A stretch of DNA of 64,000 bases from the IMG/VR virus record IMGVR_UViG_3300044731_000312; one strand, written 5' to 3'. Shown here piece after piece: positions 27,760 through 35,551 of the stretch. Below the pieces are notes generated by a model. That model worked only from the letters and a program-made list of their open reading frames with translations, searched no databases and was not told the origin of the DNA. The translations under genes were made by a program, and so were the position numbers. This DNA comes from an uncultured virus (IMG/VR IMGVR_UViG_3300044731_000312) (lineage: Duplodnaviria > Heunggongvirae > Uroviricota > Caudoviricetes). The stretch's first letter is position 1. Each line of letters starts with the position of its first letter.

Positions 27760-28371
27760 TCATTGCTTGTGTGAGCTGCGAAATCGATCGACGTATTGAG
27801 CCACCTCCGAGGCCGTCACGTCCTGCCAGAATTCGCTATCGTTTGCGCTCTTGATAGCTTCCGATTCCTGCTCTGATAGCTTGCTATAATCGACCGTAGC
27901 GCGTATGCAGTCAATGCCTAGCAGCATAGACTCCATCGTTTGCGGGAAAGCGTCCAAGTTAAAGTACATCTGACGCCCTATCTCCGGGCTATCTTTCAGC
28001 AGTACGACTAGCGAATCTTTCAACTCCTGCTCTGCTATGGCCTTTGCTGCTTCCGCTGTCATTGGCTCGTATTCCAGCTCGGCTTGCTTTGCTGCTTTGC
28101 GCTGTTCGTTCTCATAGTCGTGCTGCGCCTTATGTGCCTCTATTAGGGCCACAATTCGCGCCTTAAGCGTTACGTTGTTGACCATGCCCACTTCGTCGAT
28201 TAGCTCGGCTAACTCTTCGCTACCGTGCCGCAATCGTGCAATCGTGCGGAGCATATACTCAACGCTTCGTTGCTGTATGTGATTGCTTATGCGCTGATAC
28301 CAGTCTTTGCAAATCTGTTGATTGCGGAGCGTGACCGGTAGATGGTCTATTTCTATGCCGTTAAGTTTCAT
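27760..28371 (-). CDS. Tail assembly chaperone (gpG-like)
   Basis: Between the major tail and TMP genes. Confidence 0.75.
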   Translation of the reverse strand: MKLNGIEIDHLPVTLRNQQICKDWYQRISNHIQQRSVEYMLRTIARLRHGSEELAELIDEVGMVNNVTLKARIVALIEAHKAQHDYENEQRKAAKQAELEYEPMTAEAAKAIAEQELKDSLVVLLKDSPEIGRQMYFNLDAFPQTMESMLLGIDCIRATVDYSKLSEQESEAIKSANDSEFWQDVTASEVAQYVDRFRSSHKQ

Positions 28372-28382
28372 TGTGTGTCCTT

Positions 28383-28434
28383 AAAAATAGGGGGCCAGTA
28401 ACTGACGGGACACAGATCGCCAGTACCAGCCCCC
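28383..28434 (-). terminator. Terminator-like hairpin whose loop is complementary to the downstream RBS
   Basis: GGGGGCTGGTACTGGCG-ATCTGTGTCC-CGTCAGTTACTGGCCCCC-TATTTTT. Confidence 0.75.
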
Positions 28435-28457
28435 AGTATGCGTATCGCTACGCTTGA

Positions 28458-29063
28458 TTATACAATGTCGAGATCGACAAGCATCTTACCGTAAGGATAT
28501 GTAGATGCTGCGATTGTAACAGTAACTGGTGTTACCGCTGTTGAACCGACATAATCAGCCAAAGCACCGGAAGGGATTACTAGATTTGTAGTAATGCTAG
28601 TTGCAATAGCCGTTAGCGTTGGCTTAACGTAAGCTGTACCGGCAAAGTTTACAGAGCCAGAAGACTTTGAAACCTTGACAAGTCCAGCCCATGCAAGACG
28701 CTTTCCATTGCTTGGCCCGTCTTTGATTGTTGCTCCACGTACAAGCATAGCAAGTTCTGTGCTACCAGCGGATGCACCGCTGATAATTTCGCCGTTTTCC
28801 ATAGTCAGCTCTTCTGTGCTAGCCGATGTTGTAGAGGCCGGTGCGTATGTCTGGACGAAGTCCCAGTACAGCTTGTCTGCTTGTACTTGGTCTAACGTCC
28901 ATGTGCGAATACCGTTGTCATCATTTGCCCCGTCTGACGTAATCTGCGATACGCAGGTGTAGACAGGAGTAGTCGATGCAAAGGTTGTCTGTGTTGTACC
29001 AACGGTAATCGTAAAGAACTCTGCCTTACGACCACCATTGATCACGAAACCAGATAGTGCCAT
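28458..29063 (-). CDS. Major tail protein
   Basis: Position; Thr/Ser-rich; homolog at 58980..59555 (L..ENG). Confidence 0.7.
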   Translation of the reverse strand: MALSGFVINGGRKAEFFTITVGTTQTTFASTTPVYTCVSQITSDGANDDNGIRTWTLDQVQADKLYWDFVQTYAPASTTSASTEELTMENGEIISGASAGSTELAMLVRGATIKDGPSNGKRLAWAGLVKVSKSSGSVNFAGTAYVKPTLTAIATSITTNLVIPSGALADYVGSTAVTPVTVTIAASTYPYGKMLVDLDIV

Positions 29064-29064
29064 T

Positions 29065-29814
29065 TCATTTCTCCATTTTAATTAGTGCTGTTAAATCGCG
29101 CACGTATGTATCGCGATAGAATGTATGCAGTCCGTGCTCTTCGTTGTTCTCTGCTAACCATCTGCCGATCAGAGTGGTGTTGCGTATGAGCTTCTTCTTG
29201 AGCACTTCACTTTCGCCGCTGTAACCATTGTGTGCGATTGTGATAGTTGTATCTACGATGCTGTAACCAGCGCCGCGGATAGTGTGTGCAATCTGCTCGT
29301 GTGCGTAACCTTCCCAGTAAAACTCTGGAGTGTTACGGTACATCCGCAGTTGTCCGATGTTAAAGTATTCGTTTTCGTTTGCTTCGCCGATCAGCTTCTT
29401 ATAGCATGATAGGGATGCTTGCCCCGCCATAAAACCACCTACGCCGCCGCCGTGCCTTTGTGTTGCCTCTGCTATGCCTTCGTGCTGTTGCTCGCATAGG
29501 TATTCGTCGCAGTCCATCCAAAATATCCATTCCTTCGTAGCCATTTGACCGCATAGATTGCGAGCTTGTGCAAAGCTGAATTTTCCCTTTTCGTACGTCC
29601 ACTCGCGCGAGCGGATCGTGTGATTTTCGTCAGTATGCTCTACCGCTTCGCTAACGTGGTGTTCGCGCCCCTGCTTATTTAGCAGGATGCAAACCTCCGC
29701 ATTCTTTGGTAGTGAACGGAGCATGCCCTGCATACTCTTGTGCATGTCATCATGCGATGCGATAACGCAAAAGCTGACGGGGAAGCTATCTAATTGTGTG
29801 TCCTGTGTGTCCAT
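29065..29814 (-). CDS. GT2 glycosyltransferase in the tail module
   Basis: FSFAQARN, WIFWMDCDE (DxD), RMYRN, GYAHEQI, HNGY. Confidence 0.85.
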   Translation of the reverse strand: MDTQDTQLDSFPVSFCVIASHDDMHKSMQGMLRSLPKNAEVCILLNKQGREHHVSEAVEHTDENHTIRSREWTYEKGKFSFAQARNLCGQMATKEWIFWMDCDEYLCEQQHEGIAEATQRHGGGVGGFMAGQASLSCYKKLIGEANENEYFNIGQLRMYRNTPEFYWEGYAHEQIAHTIRGAGYSIVDTTITIAHNGYSGESEVLKKKLIRNTTLIGRWLAENNEEHGLHTFYRDTYVRDLTALIKMEK

Positions 29815-29819
29815 GTGTC

Positions 29820-30284
29820 CTAGACTGGTCGTATAACAAAAGTGACAGTAGCAGCAACGCCCATCTGGATTTTATTGCTGCCCGTGTTGAATTCGCCTAC
29901 GTTGCCATCTACATGCATTGACGTGATAGCCGTGTAAAATCTTCCATCGTTATTGCTGCCTATTGCGTCGAGGTCATACGTCTCTAGCGCGTATTTGATA
30001 CGGCTTGCAATATCGCCCGCCCGCTCATTGGCTATGCCTAACTCGCTAGGGTCTGCTTCTATCATGGCGTTGCACATGATCTCGACCAATGCACGACCAA
30101 GCCCCAAGCTCAAGCCCGTCTCGGAGTCGGTGTCGTACTGCATCTGGCTAATGTATGGATAGCAGATAGTAGTCTTTGACTCATACGCGTCTGGTCTCCA
30201 TATACGGCGCGGCGTAAGATTGCCGTCGCTGTTAAGAGCATCAATGATTGTATCTACAATGTACTGCATCGAATTGGTCGCCAT
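29820..30284 (-). CDS. Tail terminator/completion protein (putative)
   Basis: Position. Confidence 0.55.
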   Translation of the reverse strand: MATNSMQYIVDTIIDALNSDGNLTPRRIWRPDAYESKTTICYPYISQMQYDTDSETGLSLGLGRALVEIMCNAMIEADPSELGIANERAGDIASRIKYALETYDLDAIGSNNDGRFYTAITSMHVDGNVGEFNTGSNKIQMGVAATVTFVIRPV

Positions 30285-30787
30285 TATCCGAACTCCTGCA
30301 TAAACTCATCTACGATCGTAGTTTCAAGCTCTTTGATAAGGGCTTTGTATCCAGAAGCATCACGCATATACGCAGCAAAGCCCGGCTTTAAGAACGGCCT
30401 TGCCTTTGCTCGTGATGTGCCTAGTTCGTTGTACCTAGCGTACATCAATGTGAGTTTGTTCTTGCCAGACTGAACAGGAGTATTTGGGTCGTAACCATAC
30501 TCAATCTTGAACTCGCCGTTACGAAACTCTACCTTGCTAAAGTTACCTTTGCCGTCCGGCTCAAGTGATCGCGCTATATTTCCGTAAAGCGTACGCAGCT
30601 TGCTACTTGTGTTCTTGTTAGGATAATATCGCTGCCCATCTTTTGCCGTCTTCTGCCCTGCTTCGTTGGGATTGAGATAATCCTCTGTAAAGATTTGCAG
30701 CTCGTAAGGGATGCTCTGCGCTACATCTTTAACCGCTGCCAATATCCCACGCTCCAGCCGTGCCAATCTTTGTGAGAGATCGCTCAT
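30284..30787 (-). CDS. HK97 gp10-like tail completion protein
   Basis: YARYNELGT...ARPFLKP. Confidence 0.75.
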   Translation of the reverse strand: MSDLSQRLARLERGILAAVKDVAQSIPYELQIFTEDYLNPNEAGQKTAKDGQRYYPNKNTSSKLRTLYGNIARSLEPDGKGNFSKVEFRNGEFKIEYGYDPNTPVQSGKNKLTLMYARYNELGTSRAKARPFLKPGFAAYMRDASGYKALIKELETTIVDEFMQEFG

Positions 30788-31359
30788 ATCGTCACGCGCG
30801 TATATGGTGCAAGCCGTGGCTTAACGCGCGTACGCATTGCCTGCAACGTCTTTGAAATGCTCATACCAGCTTCGCTTTCCGTGATAGCTGTTACGCCGAA
30901 TCGGTTTGCCTGCGGTGCGAATGGCGTCTCCATATACAGCTCGGTTACCATCTCCGCAGCGCAGATCTCGATCACGCTAGGGATGGTGGTATATCCTACG
31001 CTCATGACTGCTTCGTACTGCTTGTTAATAAAGCCGTCTTCAAGGTATAGATATTTAACGCCGCGTATGTCCACAAGATTAGTAGTGCCGGTGACGGAAG
31101 CAAATGTATCTCCGTAGCTATCTCTATATTTAAGCGTAGTCAACGTCACCGGCACGGTATAACCTGTTAGAAGCAACGTATCGCGCGTGCCTTCGTAGTA
31201 AGCTGTTACGCTTTCCTGAATGATGGGCTGATTGCAGATGTCTTTGATCTCATTGTCAACATAGCCGATCAGACGATCTATAAGACCGTCGCGGCTTGTG
31301 TCGATTGCTGCGATGTTTAGCCAGTCCTGCTTGATTACTGCGCGCGATACTAGGGGCAT
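30784..31359 (-). CDS. Head-tail connector (gp6-like)
   Basis: D.LI.RLI, VGY...P, L.PY; homolog at 61433..62011. Confidence 0.75.
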   Translation of the reverse strand: MPLVSRAVIKQDWLNIAAIDTSRDGLIDRLIGYVDNEIKDICNQPIIQESVTAYYEGTRDTLLLTGYTVPVTLTTLKYRDSYGDTFASVTGTTNLVDIRGVKYLYLEDGFINKQYEAVMSVGYTTIPSVIEICAAEMVTELYMETPFAPQANRFGVTAITESEAGMSISKTLQAMRTRVKPRLAPYTRVTI

Positions 31360-31362
31360 TGC

Positions 31363-31563
31363 TTATTCCTTGATAGCAGAAGGTACTGGGGTCTCTGGCT
31401 TGATTGCCTTTACGTGCATCTTGCCTACGGTCATGATTGAGCCGTCTGGCAGCTTGACTACGCATGCGCTCGGCGTATCGTTAACTACCTCTACATCGAT
31501 GTCTTTTGCACCGTGATTGATAGTTACGATTGCCTTGTTTTTGATCTTGCTAAAATCAATCAT
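31363..31563 (-). CDS. Hypothetical protein (start MIDFS)
   Basis: Overlaps the holin stop. Confidence 0.5.
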   Translation of the reverse strand: MIDFSKIKNKAIVTINHGAKDIDVEVVNDTPSACVVKLPDGSIMTVGKMHVKAIKPETPVPSAIKE

Positions 31564-31912
31564 TGCTCTTTCCATCCTTTGCAAAGAATCCGAGTGCGAA
31601 AAGTACGACGGCAATAATTGCGTCCTGTGGAATCACAACGCCAGTAATTGAATTGACCAGTACAGCCAATGCACCTACTACGCCTGTGACCGTTGTTTTC
31701 CAGTTGCTCATTAAAGCACCTTTGATAATTGTAAAAACATGCGGGATCAGTTTCATATATCCCGTAAATCCTAGCTTTGTTTCACGTGGAACATGCGGCT
31801 GCAATTCGTCTGCAAGCGGCACACGCTCGATAGGCGGAACGTAATCCTGACGCTTGGGCCAGAACTTGTAGCGCAGTACAACCTTCGATATGATTGGGTC
31901 ATCTGACAGCAC
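31556..31912 (-). CDS. Holin-like two-TM protein (possible internal start MSNWKTT at 31711)
   Basis: NWKTT.TG motif and two hydrophobic segments; homolog at 63840..64000. Confidence 0.7.
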   Translation of the reverse strand: MLSDDPIISKVVLRYKFWPKRQDYVPPIERVPLADELQPHVPRETKLGFTGYMKLIPHVFTIIKGALMSNWKTTVTGVVGALAVLVNSITGVVIPQDAIIAVVLFALGFFAKDGKSND

Positions 31913-32183
31913 GCTTGTACGCCTTACGTGGTTTTGGGACTGTGTTGCCTGTGCGCTCTTCTAATCTTACCAGCCGCTCGATGATTTCAACGATGCGCTG
32001 TGTGATTAGCTCATCTGATTTTTTAAGAGCGATGATTTCGCTGGTCGTGTTGCTCATCACTTCGTGCATGGCGATCACGTTGTCGCGTGTTTCGCGGAAG
32101 TCATTGACTAGCGTCTTAACCCAGAATCCGATGATGGCCAGCATTGTGCTCATGATGATACCGAACATAGTCTCTACTGTCAT
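31899..32183 (-). CDS. Membrane-anchored coiled-coil protein (lysis accessory candidate)
   Basis: N-terminal TM, ERL.RLE. Confidence 0.6.
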   Translation of the reverse strand: MTVETMFGIIMSTMLAIIGFWVKTLVNDFRETRDNVIAMHEVMSNTTSEIIALKKSDELITQRIVEIIERLVRLEERTGNTVPKPRKAYKRAVR

Positions 32184-32383
32184 GATGCTACGTCCTCATT
32201 ATTAGGGATTGCACGATAGAAGCGCGCTTCGGCCTCTTCCCACCAATCTCCGATTCCTGCCCAGTCGTTGGCAATCATGATCGTTTCGTCATCTGGGGGC
32301 TGCCATGTTTCAAGCGAACCGTCCCATAGGCACGTATTATAAACTACGTTGTCTTTCACCATTGCGTATCGTTTAGGTTCCAT
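32180..32383 (-). CDS. Small fibre-associated protein
   Basis: YA.V....V.N...WDG motif directly after the Gly-rich fibre gene. Confidence 0.6.
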   Translation of the reverse strand: MEPKRYAMVKDNVVYNTCLWDGSLETWQPPDDETIMIANDWAGIGDWWEEAEARFYRAIPNNEDVAS

Positions 32384-32386
32384 CGT

Positions 32387-33514
32387 TTAAGCTCCGTAGT
32401 ATTCCACTACAAAAACAAGACCATCGCCGCCGTTACCGCCAGCTCCTGAGTCAGCACCGTTAGTGCTTCCACCGCCACCGCCGCCCCCTGCACCTTTGCC
32501 ACCATTGGCACCATTGCCAGCAGCTATTGTGCCAGCAGTATTTCCAGCAGCACCTCCGCCGCCACCAGACCCCATTGCTGCAGTTGTTGGGTTGTTGATG
32601 TCTAGCAAGATGTTATTAGCACTGTCGCTACCTGCTGTCCCGTTGCGAGTGCCTGTAGTTGTGCCCCCTGCGGGAGCAGTACCAAGTGTGCCTGCGTCAT
32701 AAATACTACCTCCACTTCCACCGTTGCGAACGCTGTTAAATGCATCTATACCACCTCCACCTCCTCCGCCCGCACCAGCCGTAGAATTCAATCCATTACC
32801 TCCACTACCCCCGGTACCATTAGCGGTGCCACTGCCACCGGTATTACCGTTAGCACTATACGGGCCAAATGCAGGCGTATTCAAATTGCCGTTGCCCCCA
32901 TTTGTTGTGCCAGTGGTTGACGAAGTTGAACCGCTTAGGCCCCCTATACCATTGCGAGCACTGACCAAAGAATCAAAACTAGTGATTCCGCCGTTGGTCC
33001 CCGTAACGCCGCTAGTATCGTTAGTAGTTCTTGCCGCGCCACCCGGGCCCCCACTGCCTATTGTTATTGCATAACTAGATGCCGATAACGTAGCAACGCG
33101 CATAATACGATAAGCATAAGTAGCACCACTACCACCTGCGCCCGAACCCCTAATTGTTGACGCAGCCCCGCGCCTACCACTACCACCACCACCACCAGCA
33201 CCCACGCACAATACTAAAGCACCCCAAAAATTAGATGCTGTTGGTTTTGTCCATGTATCGTTGGCTGTGTATTCGCGGACGACTGGGTTTGTTCCACCTC
33301 CACCAGTAGCGGTCAGGTCAGTCTCGGTTCCTGCGTCGTTCTTAAAATATAGTTTGCCATCAGTCTTTGCGTAGACTATGCCATAGCCAGATGCAGGCGT
33401 AGCTGGTGAGCTGCCTTGTTCAGAAAGAACAGCAGATGCGCCCGCAATCAAGCTATCACTATTCGTTAGCTCTGCGAGTGCAGCCGGTGTTGTTATGGGT
33501 CTTTTATCTGCCAT
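32387..33514 (-). CDS. Glycine-rich fibre protein
   Basis: WTKP, VGAGGGGGSG, GGNGGDGLV.V.EY. Confidence 0.8.
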   Translation of the reverse strand: MADKRPITTPAALAELTNSDSLIAGASAVLSEQGSSPATPASGYGIVYAKTDGKLYFKNDAGTETDLTATGGGGTNPVVREYTANDTWTKPTASNFWGALVLCVGAGGGGGSGRRGAASTIRGSGAGGSGATYAYRIMRVATLSASSYAITIGSGGPGGAARTTNDTSGVTGTNGGITSFDSLVSARNGIGGLSGSTSSTTGTTNGGNGNLNTPAFGPYSANGNTGGSGTANGTGGSGGNGLNSTAGAGGGGGGGIDAFNSVRNGGSGGSIYDAGTLGTAPAGGTTTGTRNGTAGSDSANNILLDINNPTTAAMGSGGGGGAAGNTAGTIAAGNGANGGKGAGGGGGGGSTNGADSGAGGNGGDGLVFVVEYYGA

Positions 33515-33720
33515 TAGTTAAGCTGTGTTTCCGTGCCTGCATCGTTTTTGAAATACAGATTGCCGTCGGTCTTAACATACAACAAAGTCAGTCCAGATGC
33601 AGGCGTGCTCGGGCTGCTGCCCTGTTCTACGAGAACAATAGACGCACCGAATACCAAACTGTCAGAGCTACTAAACTCCGACAGATTGCCGCTGGTTGTT
33701 ATCGGTCGTAGGTTAGCCAT
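33514..33720 (-). CDS. 68-aa virion protein (near-identical to 518..724)
   Basis: Four substitutions versus 518..724. Confidence 0.8.
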   Translation of the reverse strand: MANLRPITTSGNLSEFSSSDSLVFGASIVLVEQGSSPSTPASGLTLLYVKTDGNLYFKNDAGTETQLN

Positions 33721-34229
33721 TAGGCAAGGGTAATAGGTTGCTGTTCTTCAAAGTTGATCTCGGTTGCTGACAGAGCGATGCCGACTTCCTGCGAAATATA
33801 GCCCGATGTGCTAGGTGCAGTTGAGACAATATCACCTGCGCTTGAACCGCTCAAATAGTAAGGAGCGCCGGGTGTCAATCCAGTAAGGCCTGTGATTGTA
33901 CCATCAAGATATACCGTGGCGTTTGCAGGGCTTGTTGTAGATGCAATAACAAAGCCGTGAGCACGGCGTCCATTGCTTGCATCTGCCTTGCGTGCCTTAA
34001 CTGTACCGCTGTCATTCCATAGGTTCACGAGATCGCCTGCACTCAAGTTCTCGCTAGTTGCCGCAACCTTTACAGTTGCACCAATCCCAGAAGGCAATAC
34101 TGAATTGTCCAGTTTGCCGCCGCCGTCAAGAGCTACAATCTTGCCCGCTTCCGTTGCGCCTGATGATGATACGGTAGCTTCGACTTCTGCGAGCTGACCG
34201 CTGTTATTTTTGATATACTTTTCTGCCAT
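33720..34229 (-). CDS. Putative capsid decoration/fibre-base protein
   Basis: Identical protein to 724..1233. Confidence 0.7.
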   Translation of the reverse strand: MAEKYIKNNSGQLAEVEATVSSSGATEAGKIVALDGGGKLDNSVLPSGIGATVKVAATSENLSAGDLVNLWNDSGTVKARKADASNGRRAHGFVIASTTSPANATVYLDGTITGLTGLTPGAPYYLSGSSAGDIVSTAPSTSGYISQEVGIALSATEINFEEQQPITLA

Positions 34230-34230
34230 G

Positions 34231-34704
34231 TTACACCGTTTGAATGATTGTGTCTATGTCGATGAGTAGTTGCGTCGCTGTTAAGGCCTTGCCTACGTGA
34301 ACGACGATAGCGCCGTTCGTTGGTACCGTCTGTGTTAGTGTTCCGTTCGTGCCCAGGTAAACCGTGCCCTTCGTCCAGTTCCAATTTGCGTCTGTCAGGA
34401 TGCCCGAAATTTTAATCGTTGCGTTCGCCCCTGAACTTGCGGCCGTGTATACGATGCCGATGACCTGTGCATTAGCAAGCGTATTGTTGCTAGCGTACAC
34501 AGCCTGACCTGAAGAGTTAGTAGTAACAGCACGGAGCGCCGACAGGTTTTCGCCAGCGACCAGTGTGAGGTCGTCAGAGATAGGCACCAAACCACCCGAT
34601 GCAACATCGAGCGTGATAGTAGACTGGTCAACGTTCAGTTTGAGGTCTTCGTCTGCAATGTTCAGACTAATCGTCGACTGGTCTACGTTTATCGTGGTGC
34701 TCAC
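34231..34704 (-). CDS. Putative capsid cement/decoration protein
   Basis: Homolog of 1235..1711. Confidence 0.7.
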   Translation of the reverse strand: MSTTINVDQSTISLNIADEDLKLNVDQSTITLDVASGGLVPISDDLTLVAGENLSALRAVTTNSSGQAVYASNNTLANAQVIGIVYTAASSGANATIKISGILTDANWNWTKGTVYLGTNGTLTQTVPTNGAIVVHVGKALTATQLLIDIDTIIQTV

Positions 34705-35045
34705 TGGGTTACCTCACCGAGAACAGTGACGTAACCTCTGAGAAGTTCATTCGTTGAACTTGAGACCGTCTGCTCCAAATCCCACACATACACCTCGCCC
34801 ACTGTCAGCGATGACGTACTGGCTGCACTTAGTGCCACCGAGAACGTACCCTGCGAAGCGTTGACAATCGTGATCGTGAACGTTGCAGCCAGCACGTTGT
34901 CGATAGTCCTAATCTGGCCGGCGAAGGTGTAACCTGTTATGTTGGTGACAACCCCGTTCGTCTTATGTGTGAAGGTACGTGCAAAGGCTGCCCCCTGACG
35001 GAGCTCTAAATCAACACGTGCACCTGATGACGATAGTATAACCAT
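34701..35045 (-). CDS. BppU-like Ig-fold virion protein
   Basis: Homolog of 1708..2052. Confidence 0.65.
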   Translation of the reverse strand: MVILSSSGARVDLELRQGAAFARTFTHKTNGVVTNITGYTFAGQIRTIDNVLAATFTITIVNASQGTFSVALSAASTSSLTVGEVYVWDLEQTVSSSTNELLRGYVTVLGEVTQ

Positions 35046-35065
35046 TGGAAACCTTTGCTGTGCTC

Positions 35066-35089
35066 ACCACGGGGCCGAAGCCCCGTAGT
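35066..35089 (-). other. GC-rich hairpin with cUUCGg tetraloop
   Basis: ACTACGGGGC-TTCG-GCCCCGTGGT. Confidence 0.75.
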
Positions 35090-35098
35090 CAGAACAGA

Positions 35099-35542
35099 TT
35101 AGTCCTTGATGAGGTTAGCAGCGAGGCCGCGATCAGTAGCGTCGTTAATCGGGTCGCCGTTGTAGAGGATAGCAGTGCAAGCACCAAAGGTACCAGCAGA
35201 GCCGTCGCCAGCTGTAGCAACGACGTCGATATAACGATCACGACCTGCGAGGTTCACAAAGAACCCGAAGACCTTGTTGTCATCGGTAGCCGTTGGCAGT
35301 GCAGGTGCACCCGTTGCGCCGTATACACAGCCCGTGATGTCAGCAGCTCCACTCATGCCAGAGTCGTCTGACTCCTGGAGTTTGAGGGCTGCCATTGCGA
35401 TGTCTGTTGCACCGAGGCTGAAATACACTGCGAGCTTACCAAAGCCAGCTGTGTCGATCGTGTTAGTTGTAAACGATGCATTGTCAACGATTGCAGCTGG
35501 TGGCGTAACGTTGACAACCTTCACATTTTGTAGTGCGTTCAT
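35099..35542 (-). CDS. Head decoration/minor capsid protein
   Basis: Homolog of 2106..2549. Confidence 0.7.
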   Translation of the reverse strand: MNALQNVKVVNVTPPAAIVDNASFTTNTIDTAGFGKLAVYFSLGATDIAMAALKLQESDDSGMSGAADITGCVYGATGAPALPTATDDNKVFGFFVNLAGRDRYIDVVATAGDGSAGTFGACTAILYNGDPINDATDRGLAANLIKD

Positions 35543-35551
35543 GTTGTCACC

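Larger units (their letters stand above)
1..32996 (-). mobile_element. Phage genome unit A (HK97-like head, long non-contractile tail, initiator-type replication), circularly permuted
   Basis: Full set of head, tail, lysis and early genes; the sequence at position 1 recurs at 32997. Confidence 0.9.
32997..34258. repeat. Copy 2 of near-identical fibre/decoration module
   Basis: See 1-1262; the 169-aa proteins are identical. Confidence 0.95.
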
